A DNA stretch of 55,052 bases from a virus. Its lineage: Duplodnaviria; Caudoviricetes. Numbering within the stretch: position 1 is the first letter of the stretch; each line of letters opens with the position of its first letter. Both the position numbers and the translations under genes were made by a program. The stretch spans positions 1 through 55,052 of IMG/VR virus record IMGVR_UViG_3300044546_001769, one strand, 5' to 3'. Positions 47,116-54,419 of the stretch are shown in pieces. The notes under the pieces were generated by a model, which worked only from the letters and a program-made list of their open reading frames with translations, did not search any database and had not been told where the DNA came from.

Positions 47116-47346
47116 ATGAGCATCGATTTGCCAAATATGAGTACTAAAGAGATCATTTTATTAAATAAAATATGGTCGTGCGATTCACTAGATGAATTTA
47201 AAACTTGGAAAGAGAGTTTATGTGAATCTGACCAGCTTCTTGCAAATGATCTGCTTTTTGCACTCTCTGCAGAAATAGAACTTCAAGAAGAACAATCGTA
47301 CAGTGAAGCTCAACAACTAATAGAAAAAATAAAAAGGAAGATATGA
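47116..47346 (+). CDS. Hypothetical protein
   Basis: SD aagga; LLNKIWSCDS..EF..WK.SL. Confidence 0.7.
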   Translation: MSIDLPNMSTKEIILLNKIWSCDSLDEFKTWKESLCESDQLLANDLLFALSAEIELQEEQSYSEAQQLIEKIKRKI

Positions 47347-47999
47347 AAAATCAAAAAGGTTTTACACTAGTAGAAATAGCCATCGTAATGGTCATTATTG
47401 GCTTGCTCTTGGGCGGTGTTCTAAAGGGTCAGGAAATGATTGAAAATGCGCGGGTAAAAGATACAGTGAATGTTATGAAAGGTGTTCAGACTGCGTATAA
47501 TGCATATCAAGACCGATTTAAAGCAATTCCCGGTGATGAAACTGCTACTGTCATGACAAATCGTGGTTGGGCTGGTAACACTGGTCCGGGTGTTTCAAAC
47601 GGTTCGTTGGCAATTCCACTCGCACAAACATTTACTAATGGCGGTGATCAAGCGGGTTTTTGGCGCGCTCTGCGTGCTAGTGGCTTTATGACTGGCGATC
47701 CAGCTGCTCCAGCAACAGCTGCAGGTTTGCCTACTTTGAGCACCGGTGGCTTGGTTGGAATCAATTCTGGTCCATCATATGGATTGCCTGGTCCTGTTGT
47801 ATGTGCTAGTGGTCTTTCGACAAAGCAAGTTGCTGCTATGGATCTAATGATTGACGGAACAGGTGCTGCAAACAATACTGGTTCATTTAGAGCAGCTACA
47901 GGCGCAGCAACTCCGCTTGTTCCTGTTGCAGTAGCACCAGCTGCAACATTCTATTCTGACAACGTTCTCACTAAATGGACTGCTTGTATTACTATCTAA
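47343..47999 (+). CDS. Type IV pilin/pseudopilin-like protein with prepilin N-terminal methylation site
   Basis: MKNQKG|FTLVEIAIVMVIIGLLLGGVLKGQEMIENAR; AYQDRFKAIPGD; D.MIDG; C-terminal Cys pair. Confidence 0.92.
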   Translation: MKNQKGFTLVEIAIVMVIIGLLLGGVLKGQEMIENARVKDTVNVMKGVQTAYNAYQDRFKAIPGDETATVMTNRGWAGNTGPGVSNGSLAIPLAQTFTNGGDQAGFWRALRASGFMTGDPAAPATAAGLPTLSTGGLVGINSGPSYGLPGPVVCASGLSTKQVAAMDLMIDGTGAANNTGSFRAATGAATPLVPVAVAPAATFYSDNVLTKWTACITI

Positions 48000-48054
48000 A
48001 TCTAAAAGGTTTGACTGGAGAAAACAACGTGCGGTAATGATCGATTATCAAGAC

Positions 48055-48062
48055 CATAAATA
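48055..48062 (+). promoter_or_regulatory. Candidate late promoter CATAAATA inside an 11-bp inverted repeat arm
   Basis: 7/8 match to TATAAATA, 20 nt before ATG 48083. Confidence 0.55.
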
Positions 48063-48082
48063 ATACATTTTAGGGAAATTAA

Positions 48083-48187
48083 ATGCATAAAATGGTCTTG
48101 ATTTGTGTATTGATGTGCGTTGTTTCTGGCTTTGCACTACCATCTTTGTACTATAAAACGAATGAGTCTGATATGGAGATCGCTTAA
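48083..48187 (+). CDS. Small hydrophobic peptide (34 aa), not in the ORF track
   Basis: SD aggga; MHKMVLICVLMCVVSGFALPSLYYKTNESDMEIA; TAATG coupling to the next gene. Confidence 0.55.
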   Translation: MHKMVLICVLMCVVSGFALPSLYYKTNESDMEIA

Positions 48188-48561
48188 TGAGCACTTCTAG
48201 ACACACCGTTTATTCTTGGAAATACGACTCCCCTGGAATTTTTTTAAAAGCAGGACAGTCTGTTAGTATTATAGCTGATCCACATGATCGTTGGAAAGAT
48301 TTAAACATTGAATGCGACGCCGATGGTTGGTGGAGTTACAATCCTCTTTATAATCTTAATTTTATAAAGAAGAGCATGGATTTTCCATATGAAAATTTCA
48401 TGAAGCTGTGTGCAAGAGTCGGTAATGAAAAATTTGTAATAGGAAAATTTTCAAACTTTACTCCAAAGACATCTGGATATCTTGAACTTTTTGCAAATGA
48501 TGTTTCGTGGTTGAGATGGAATAATACCGGTTCAATTACAGTTACAATTGCAAAAGAATAA
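48187..48561 (+). CDS. LecA/PA-IL-like lectin-domain protein
   Basis: SPGIFLKAGQSVSIIA...W...CDADG...LCARVG..KFVIG...SGYLELFAND....NNTGSITVTI. Confidence 0.7.
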   Translation: MSTSRHTVYSWKYDSPGIFLKAGQSVSIIADPHDRWKDLNIECDADGWWSYNPLYNLNFIKKSMDFPYENFMKLCARVGNEKFVIGKFSNFTPKTSGYLELFANDVSWLRWNNTGSITVTIAKE

Positions 48562-48574
48562 AACTGGTTTAAAC

Positions 48575-48769
48575 ATGACTGAAACTAAAGCATCTTCTTT
48601 TGGTAATGGATTTTCTGATGCACTCAGCGGAAGATTGCCAAATAAAAACATTCAACTTCCTGAAGCACAGCGTTCGTATCTTCTTGGTTATAACGCCGGA
48701 AAAGTACGAAAGGCTGATTTTTTTAAAACTATTGCTGAAGAAGAAAAAAGATCACAAAACACGCAATAG
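48575..48769 (+). CDS. Small protein resembling ribosome modulation factor (Rmf/CrpP-like)
   Basis: FGNGFSDALSGR...QRSYLLGYNAG vs RMF GYQAGIAGR...QRSQWLGGW; start re-called from 48548. Confidence 0.5.
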   Translation: MTETKASSFGNGFSDALSGRLPNKNIQLPEAQRSYLLGYNAGKVRKADFFKTIAEEEKRSQNTQ

Positions 48770-48770
48770 T

Positions 48771-48801
48771 TTTACTTTTATTGATCGTTGTATAGTATAA
48801 T
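48771..48801 (+). promoter_or_regulatory. Pre-replicative promoter (repeated motif)
   Basis: TTTACT-N19-TATAAT. Confidence 0.75.
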
Positions 48802-48828
48802 TACATATATCAATCAAATTGAGTAAAA

Positions 48829-48927
48829 ATGAAAACTGTATTTGAATTCATTCTAGCATTTATTATATCAGCTATTTTAGCTGTTCCTTTTGTAATCTAT
48901 TTTTGTAGAATGGTACCGTCGCCATGA
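48829..48927 (+). CDS. Small membrane peptide (32 aa)
   Basis: MKTVFEFILAFIISAILAVPFVIYFCRMVPSP directly after the promoter. Confidence 0.6.
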   Translation: MKTVFEFILAFIISAILAVPFVIYFCRMVPSP

Positions 48928-49037
48928 AAATAAAAATTCCAAAAATTCGAAATAAGTTAGTAGTTCCTTGTTTGTTTAAACGAGCAGGCAAACACCGCGA
49001 TAAAAAACGCGAATCTAAAAATTCTCATCAACCTTAA
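48924..49037 (+). CDS. Small basic peptide (37 aa)
   Basis: MKIKIPKIRNKLVVPCLFKRAGKHRDKKRESKNSHQP; ATGA overlap. Confidence 0.6.
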   Translation: MKIKIPKIRNKLVVPCLFKRAGKHRDKKRESKNSHQP

Positions 49038-49060
49038 ATTTTTACTACTGGAGTTTTATT

Positions 49061-49333
49061 ATGGATAGCAGAGCATTGTACAGCAATGAGGCGGCACGTG
49101 AAAAAGTTAACAATATTTTTGATATTGTATTGATTGCCAGTTGCAGATATAGAGAACTTAAACGCGGTTATATCCCGATGGTCAGCGTAAAAGGCGGTCC
49201 AGTTCAAACGGTACTTGAAGAAATTGAACGTGGAATTGTTGGACAAGACTATGTAGTAAAAAACGTTGAAAATAATCGTAAACAGCGTTATGAAAATTTT
49301 AAACGGGATCAGCGCCGAAATGGAAACAATTAA
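49061..49333 (+). CDS. rpoZ: RNA polymerase omega subunit-like protein
   Basis: EAAREKVNNIFDIVLIASCRYREL.RG..PMV....GPVQTVLEEIERG.VG matches omega (EKIGNRFDLVLVAARRARQ...KTTVIALREIEEGLI); SD ggag. Confidence 0.8.
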   Translation: MDSRALYSNEAAREKVNNIFDIVLIASCRYRELKRGYIPMVSVKGGPVQTVLEEIERGIVGQDYVVKNVENNRKQRYENFKRDQRRNGNN

Positions 49334-49736
49334 AATTACTGATTGTATTGGCGATCAAACGCCAAATCAACAGCAGATTCAAGATCCAAACTACTCAATA
49401 CATTTTATTGAACCAATAATTTCTGGTAGTGGACTGTTGATTAATATGGCGCTGCGACGTGTTATTTGTAGAAATGTTAAAGCTTATTATTCTATTGATG
49501 AAATTTTAGAAGATTCATTTCTGCTACCAGCAAATCCTGGTTTTTCTGCTGAACAACTCAATAGATATATTTCTGCTGATACCCGTCGTGGTTTTGGTAA
49601 AGCAGTAGAAGGTTATGGCATTATTGCTTACACTGGCAAAAGTAATCACGACAGACCTATTGCAAGTGTTACTTATAATGATACAGTTAGGTATTATGCC
49701 AATCCAAATTTTTCAAAAATGGTGAAACGAATATGA
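49320..49736 (+). CDS. Hypothetical protein
   Basis: ATG at 49320 overlapping the rpoZ-like stop. Confidence 0.65.
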   Translation: METIKITDCIGDQTPNQQQIQDPNYSIHFIEPIISGSGLLINMALRRVICRNVKAYYSIDEILEDSFLLPANPGFSAEQLNRYISADTRRGFGKAVEGYGIIAYTGKSNHDRPIASVTYNDTVRYYANPNFSKMVKRI

Positions 49737-49852
49737 GTGATGGCGGTAAGGGTAGTGCTCCCCGAAAGCAGCAAGATCAAGACGCATACAGCAAGAACTG
49801 GGATGCTATCTTTGGCAAGAAAGAACAGAACAAAGATTCTGGCAAAAAATAG
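49733..49852 (+). CDS. Small conserved phage peptide (39 aa)
   Basis: MSDGGKGSAPRK...NWDAIFGKK motif. Confidence 0.7.
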   Translation: MSDGGKGSAPRKQQDQDAYSKNWDAIFGKKEQNKDSGKK

Positions 49853-49863
49853 ATCCACATAAA

Positions 49864-49894
49864 TTTACTTTTATTCTTGGTTCTGTGTTATAAT
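49864..49894 (+). promoter_or_regulatory. Pre-replicative promoter (repeated motif)
   Basis: TTTACT-N19-TATAAT with TGTGT. Confidence 0.75.
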
Positions 49895-49924
49895 AACTCT
49901 ATACTGAAATTGAATAGAGTTATT

Positions 49925-50116
49925 ATGAAAAATACAAAGTACGTTGCATGGTGTTATTATGGAGATCCACGTGAAGAGGTTGATTGCTGGATTGTTAGCG
50001 AAGTATTGTCAGCTAATGCGCGTGCTAAAATAATCAAAAAGTTCTATTATGATTGTGAAGATTCAGAACGATCGGCAAAGGAACTTGCTGATAAATTAAA
50101 CGCGGAAGCAGAATAA
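49925..50116 (+). CDS. Hypothetical protein
   Basis: Follows promoter; start re-called from 49877. Confidence 0.65.
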   Translation: MKNTKYVAWCYYGDPREEVDCWIVSEVLSANARAKIIKKFYYDCEDSERSAKELADKLNAEAE

Positions 50117-50176
50117 TTGTTGCTAATCCAAACAACATTTCTAAAAAGAATTGTCTGCAATTTATGATGGAATTTT

Positions 50177-50698
50177 ATGACTAAGCAATTTATTACAAGC
50201 GATATTCATTTTTCGCACGAACGAATTCTGGAATACAATTCAGAAACTCGCGGCGCGTTTAAAGATACACAAGAGATGAATGAAGAAATCATTCGCCGCT
50301 GGAATACGACGATTGGTACTGACGATCATGTATTTGTTCTTGGTGACATGTTCATGGGTAATGTTCAGCAGCATGCTGTCCCTATTCTCAATAGACTTAA
50401 TGGTTCAAAGACTCTTATTCTTGGAAATCACGACCGCAGTCTAATGAAGATCCCTGGAATCGAATCATTTTTTCATGGCGTGTTTGACTATTTGTGTTAT
50501 GAATATAGTCATAAGCAAGCAGTTATCATGTTTCACTATCCTATTCAAAATTGGGATGGAAAATACCGCGGGTCTATTCATCTTCACGGTCATTGCCATG
50601 GAGCGCCGACTGGAATCCAGGGTAAAATAAAGGATATTGGAATGGATTGCAATAATCTATATCCATTTTGTTTGGACGATCTTGTTAAAACCTTTTAA
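50177..50698 (+). CDS. Metallophosphoesterase (calcineurin-like)
   Basis: SDIHFSH, LGDMF, GNHD, FHYP, HLHGHCH. Confidence 0.92.
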   Translation: MTKQFITSDIHFSHERILEYNSETRGAFKDTQEMNEEIIRRWNTTIGTDDHVFVLGDMFMGNVQQHAVPILNRLNGSKTLILGNHDRSLMKIPGIESFFHGVFDYLCYEYSHKQAVIMFHYPIQNWDGKYRGSIHLHGHCHGAPTGIQGKIKDIGMDCNNLYPFCLDDLVKTF

Positions 50699-50708
50699 GG
50701 AGAAATTT

Positions 50709-50909
50709 ATGGACGAGTATGATTATGAAAGAGAAGCACGCGACTTTAAAACAATTGTGTTTGAAATGCGATCAAATAACGGTGAAAAAGTCAGACTAGA
50801 AAAAACCTTTCCAGAGCATGCAACGTGGATGGAAGTTTCAAACTATTATTATAACTTCTTAGCTGGAATTGGCTATCATTTACAACCAGCCGATGTAGGT
50901 GCAGAATGA
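50709..50909 (+). CDS. Hypothetical protein
   Basis: SD aaggag; TWMEV...YNFLAGIGY; start re-called from 50637. Confidence 0.7.
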   Translation: MDEYDYEREARDFKTIVFEMRSNNGEKVRLEKTFPEHATWMEVSNYYYNFLAGIGYHLQPADVGAE

Positions 50910-51799
50910 TTGGAGCAACTATTGTTGCAGACAGTATTAGTTGCACGGGCAAACGGATTACTACATTTGAGATTGAACTGCCCAAGGTGCTTCTTGCGGA
51001 GTTTAATACTCATCGTATGATCTCAAAGAACTTTTCTAGTTCTCGTGCTATACCAAATGCTTCTGCGGTTCAAGTTGAATCTTTTGAGCCTGTTTTTTGG
51101 GGTAAAAACCAAAGCGGCATGGTAGCTAAAGATGAGGAAATTCAAGAGAAGCAATATGCTCGAGCAATTTGGTTATCTCATATTGATGCATGTAAGCAAA
51201 TTTCAATTAAATTAGCAGATCTTGGTCTCCACAAACAATGGTCAAACCGACCAAACGATTGGCATACAATGGCTCGAGGAGTAGCAACTGCAACTGAGTG
51301 GCAGAACTTCTTCAATTTACGTGCTCATCAGGATGCTCAACCAGAAATTGCAGTTCTAGCAAAATCTATGCATGAAGCAATGATGGTTTCGCAGCCAATG
51401 ACGTTGAACTCAAATGAATGGCATCTGCCTTATATTGAACGCTCGCGTGATTCAAAAGGAGTAATGATCTATTCAACTGAGTCCGATGGAGAAATTGACT
51501 TGGAAACTGCTAAAATTATTAGTGCGTCGTGCTGTGCACAGGTAAGTTATAGAAAAGCAGATACAAGTTTAGAAAAAGCAATGCGTGTATTTTCAATGTT
51601 GAATATAAACAATCCTGACACTATTCCACATTTTAGTCCGCTAGAACATCAGGCAACGCCAATGTCTGAAATTATGGGATTTACGCAGGGTGTTACGCAT
51701 ATGGATAAACACGCTAAATTTTGGTCTGGTAATTTTCAAGGATGGATTCAGCATCGCCAGCTTGTTATGAATTTAAACTCAATAGAATGTATGGGGTAA
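50906..51799 (+). CDS. thyX: FAD-dependent thymidylate synthase-like (Thy1/ThyX) protein
   Basis: AEFNTHRMISKNFSSSRAIP, GLHKQ, NFFNLRAH.DAQPEI, CAQVSY, HFSPLEHQA. Confidence 0.82.
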   Translation: MIGATIVADSISCTGKRITTFEIELPKVLLAEFNTHRMISKNFSSSRAIPNASAVQVESFEPVFWGKNQSGMVAKDEEIQEKQYARAIWLSHIDACKQISIKLADLGLHKQWSNRPNDWHTMARGVATATEWQNFFNLRAHQDAQPEIAVLAKSMHEAMMVSQPMTLNSNEWHLPYIERSRDSKGVMIYSTESDGEIDLETAKIISASCCAQVSYRKADTSLEKAMRVFSMLNINNPDTIPHFSPLEHQATPMSEIMGFTQGVTHMDKHAKFWSGNFQGWIQHRQLVMNLNSIECMG

Positions 51800-51802
51800 A
51801 AA

Positions 51803-51988
51803 ATGACTGAAAATCAAGACAACACAATACACGAAATCGATGACGAAGGTTATCAATTTACGTATATTAAGCATGATGGAATTCTAGTTTTACATAATGA
51901 ATATGGTCCAGCCGTAGTTCATCCTGATGGATATTTTGCATGGTATGAATTTGGACGCCGACTTAGCTTTGGGTTTAAAAATGTTTAG
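51803..51988 (+). CDS. Small protein with LHxxxGPA (MORN-variant-like) motif
   Basis: LHNEYGPAVVHPDGYFAWYEFG. Confidence 0.7.
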   Translation: MTENQDNTIHEIDDEGYQFTYIKHDGILVLHNEYGPAVVHPDGYFAWYEFGRRLSFGFKNV

Positions 51989-52349
51989 ATATGCAATTTC
52001 AGTAAATCAAGATGGAAAATTTTTAACATGTTTTGTTGAAAATGCTGATTATGAAAATGTTAAAAGAATTCTTATTCAGCACTATACAACAACAGAAAAA
52101 GTTGTAGATCTTGTTTCTCAGGGGAATATTTCTGAACTTGGAAAATCGATCGAACTGAGTAAATTCTTTCAAAGAGATATTGGACATCTTAGAAGTAGAT
52201 TTAACATTTCTTCAAACATTGCAACAATGATGAAATATGTAGAAAAAAATAATGCAGCGCGTTATTTTGTATTCTACAAGACGTCTTGGTTTACAAGTGT
52301 CATAGCAGATATGGATAAAAATTACAAAGGTTTTCAACCACTACTGTAA
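51981..52349 (+). CDS. Hypothetical protein
   Basis: IL.QHY.T.EKV.DLVSQGNISELG; start re-called from 51927. Confidence 0.7.
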   Translation: MFRYAISVNQDGKFLTCFVENADYENVKRILIQHYTTTEKVVDLVSQGNISELGKSIELSKFFQRDIGHLRSRFNISSNIATMMKYVEKNNAARYFVFYKTSWFTSVIADMDKNYKGFQPLL

Positions 52350-52351
52350 TT

Positions 52352-52380
52352 TTTACTTTTAATAAAATATGTAGTATAAT
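52352..52380 (+). promoter_or_regulatory. Pre-replicative promoter (repeated motif)
   Basis: TTTACT-N17-TATAAT. Confidence 0.8.
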
Positions 52381-52404
52381 TAAATTTTAACGAAAGGAAA
52401 GATT

Positions 52405-52578
52405 ATGATGATGCCACAATGTGTTCTGCAGAGTATTAAACCACCTTCAGAGCTAGCTGAACGAAATGCTCAGCGTCTTGCTGAAGCTAAAGAAAAATTG
52501 GGTGAAACTTGGCTTCTTCATCCAAACAACAAACGCGTCCGGGTGTCCAATACAAACTTGAATAAGGCATTAAAATGA
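52405..52578 (+). CDS. Small conserved T4-like peptide (57 aa)
   Basis: SD aagga; ERNAQRL...KEKLGETWLLHPNN. Confidence 0.7.
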   Translation: MMMPQCVLQSIKPPSELAERNAQRLAEAKEKLGETWLLHPNNKRVRVSNTNLNKALK

Positions 52579-52748
52579 AATTTGTACTTTTAATTTTATT
52601 TTTGCTGTTGATTGGTTTTGTGTGTTATCAGTGTAGTAAACGAGTTTCATTAGATTGGGTTATTCGTGTAACTCAAACTGGAATACGTATTACATTTATT
52701 GCTGTCTGGATTCTTATTGCAATCGTAGCAACGCTGTTAGTATTATGA
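52575..52748 (+). CDS. Small two-TM membrane protein (57 aa)
   Basis: MKFVLLILFLLLIGFVCY...FIAVWILIAIVATLLVL; ATGA overlaps on both sides. Confidence 0.6.
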   Translation: MKFVLLILFLLLIGFVCYQCSKRVSLDWVIRVTQTGIRITFIAVWILIAIVATLLVL

Positions 52749-53203
52749 AGTGGAAAACACGTTACCTCCTACTAGCAAAGCAAGTTTCGTCGTGGAGCAA
52801 GGATCCTTCACGAAAAATAGGATGTGTTGCAATTGGCGCAAAAGGTCAAGTACTCTCGCAAGGCTTTAATGGTTTTGCACGTGGAGTACACGACCACGCT
52901 GAGCGATTAAATGACAGACAGGAAAAATACAAATTTATCATTCACGCTGAAATGAATGCTATTTTTAATGCCACGCTAAATGGCGTTTCTTTGTGTGATT
53001 CTGATATGTACGTATATGGTTTGCCTGTTTGTAATGAATGCGCTAAAGGTATTATACAAGTTGGAGTTAAACGTGTTTTTATTTCCACTGATGGTGAGAC
53101 TGTTCCCGAAAATTGGTTAGAATCTTGGGAATTTAGTCGAAGGATGATGCAAGAGGCTGGTGTAGAAATTGAATTGTTAACTGAAAAATTAAAGGAAATT
53201 TAA
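52745..53203 (+). CDS. cd: dCMP deaminase
   Basis: WSKDPSRKIGCV, GFNGF.RG, HAEMNA, PVCNECAK; start re-called from 52655. Confidence 0.93.
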   Translation: MKWKTRYLLLAKQVSSWSKDPSRKIGCVAIGAKGQVLSQGFNGFARGVHDHAERLNDRQEKYKFIIHAEMNAIFNATLNGVSLCDSDMYVYGLPVCNECAKGIIQVGVKRVFISTDGETVPENWLESWEFSRRMMQEAGVEIELLTEKLKEI

Positions 53204-53204
53204 A

Positions 53205-53453
53205 ATGGAAATCGCCGATCAAAAGAAAAAAGCTATTGCTGATTTTTGTACTGAAATGTCAGCTTCTATGACTCGTGCAGAAGGCGAACGTGAGTTTCAA
53301 CGTGAAGCTGTTAAGAATATTGCAGAACAGCATCAAATTGATAAAAAGATGCTTAAACGTATTGCACGCATCTATCATACAGGAAAATTTTCTAGTACTC
53401 AAGAAGAGAATACTGAACTTGAGAACACATACACTACTATTTTTGGAGCGTAA
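53205..53453 (+). CDS. dsbA: T4-type dsDNA-binding protein
   Basis: EMSASMTRAEGEREF...IDKKMLKRIARIYH..F...EE..ELE..Y. Confidence 0.8.
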   Translation: MEIADQKKKAIADFCTEMSASMTRAEGEREFQREAVKNIAEQHQIDKKMLKRIARIYHTGKFSSTQEENTELENTYTTIFGA

Positions 53454-53455
53454 AA

Positions 53456-53881
53456 TTGAAAGACAATACACTACAAAATACTGTAGATTGGTTTGCTGAG
53501 GCAGTCCGTACTCCAACTGATAAAAATAAAGTTGTTCAGATCGGCGTACACATTGAAGAATTTTCAGAGATGTTGGCATCTATTGGTTTGGCAGAATGCG
53601 CGGACAGTATGTCTCACGCTGCTGATTTTTTTAAGGCAGGACAGGTCAGTTACTCTGACCTCAAAATAGATCGGCAGGAATTACTAGACAGTCTTGCCGA
53701 TCAGATAGTAACATCATGTGGAATTGCACACCTTTTTGGAATGGACATTATTGGTGCGCTCAATGAAGTTAATCGGTCTAACTGGAGCAAGTTTGAAAAC
53801 GGTCGGGCAATTTTTGATGAAAATGGCAAGATCAAAAAAGGTGTTAACTACTCAAAACCAAAACTAGAGTCATTTATATGA
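53456..53881 (+). CDS. MazG-like / PRA-PH-like nucleotide pyrophosphohydrolase
   Basis: QIGVHIEEFSE, ELLDSLADQIVT, EVNRSNWSKF...DENGKIKKG.NY.KP; TTG start. Confidence 0.85.
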   Translation: MKDNTLQNTVDWFAEAVRTPTDKNKVVQIGVHIEEFSEMLASIGLAECADSMSHAADFFKAGQVSYSDLKIDRQELLDSLADQIVTSCGIAHLFGMDIIGALNEVNRSNWSKFENGRAIFDENGKIKKGVNYSKPKLESFI

Positions 53882-54066
53882 GCGTTGCAAAAATCAAACG
53901 ATCTTACTCAAAATTTTCCGAGCAAATTGATGAGTGTGTGATTAGCACAGCAAGGAAGTTTGCTATTTGTATTTTCATTGTACTTACAAATGTTTCTCCG
54001 CTTGTAAATAATGTTTTTACTCTACGATTACAACATGACAATAAGCGAAATACAGTCTCTTCTTAA
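53878..54066 (+). CDS. Hypothetical protein
   Basis: ATGA overlap with upstream gene. Confidence 0.45.
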   Translation: MSVAKIKRSYSKFSEQIDECVISTARKFAICIFIVLTNVSPLVNNVFTLRLQHDNKRNTVSS

Positions 54067-54208
54067 AAAAGACGATTATTCTGAAGATTTATTTGCAGTA
54101 ATTGCACTAAATCTTCTTTCTGAACAAATCAAAAGAAGATTGGCTGAATTGGAAAATCAACTGATCGGCGTAGAAGACGTTTCTCCAACTTCCACTTGCG
54201 AAAAATAA
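54035..54208 (+). CDS. Hypothetical protein
   Basis: Helical 57 aa ORF. Confidence 0.5.
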   Translation: MTISEIQSLLKKDDYSEDLFAVIALNLLSEQIKRRLAELENQLIGVEDVSPTSTCEK

Positions 54209-54228
54209 ACCCGTAAAAATACACAATT

Positions 54229-54259
54229 TTTACTTTTATTCCTGTTTTTGTTGTATAAT
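54229..54259 (+). promoter_or_regulatory. Pre-replicative promoter (repeated motif) with -10 inside a 13-bp inverted repeat
   Basis: TTTACT-N19-TATAAT. Confidence 0.8.
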
Positions 54260-54287
54260 AACTCTATCAACAAAAACAGGTTTTATT

Positions 54288-54419
54288 ATGTACACACTGA
54301 TCTTAAACAACGGACGAGTAATGGTTTTTTCTGTTAAAGAATGTGCTGAACTGTATCAAACCATCCACACCGGCAGTACTCTTGTTTGTAATGAAATCTT
54401 CGAAAAGGAAGTTGCATAA
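54288..54419 (+). CDS. Small conserved phage peptide (43 aa)
   Basis: MYTLILNNGRVMVFSVKECAELYQ...; TAATG coupling to the next gene. Confidence 0.65.
   Translation: MYTLILNNGRVMVFSVKECAELYQTIHTGSTLVCNEIFEKEVA

Noticed and set aside
48924-49037. Basic peptide as an ArfA ribosome-rescue homologue
   Set aside because: Only general basicity and GKH match; lacks the KGKGSY core
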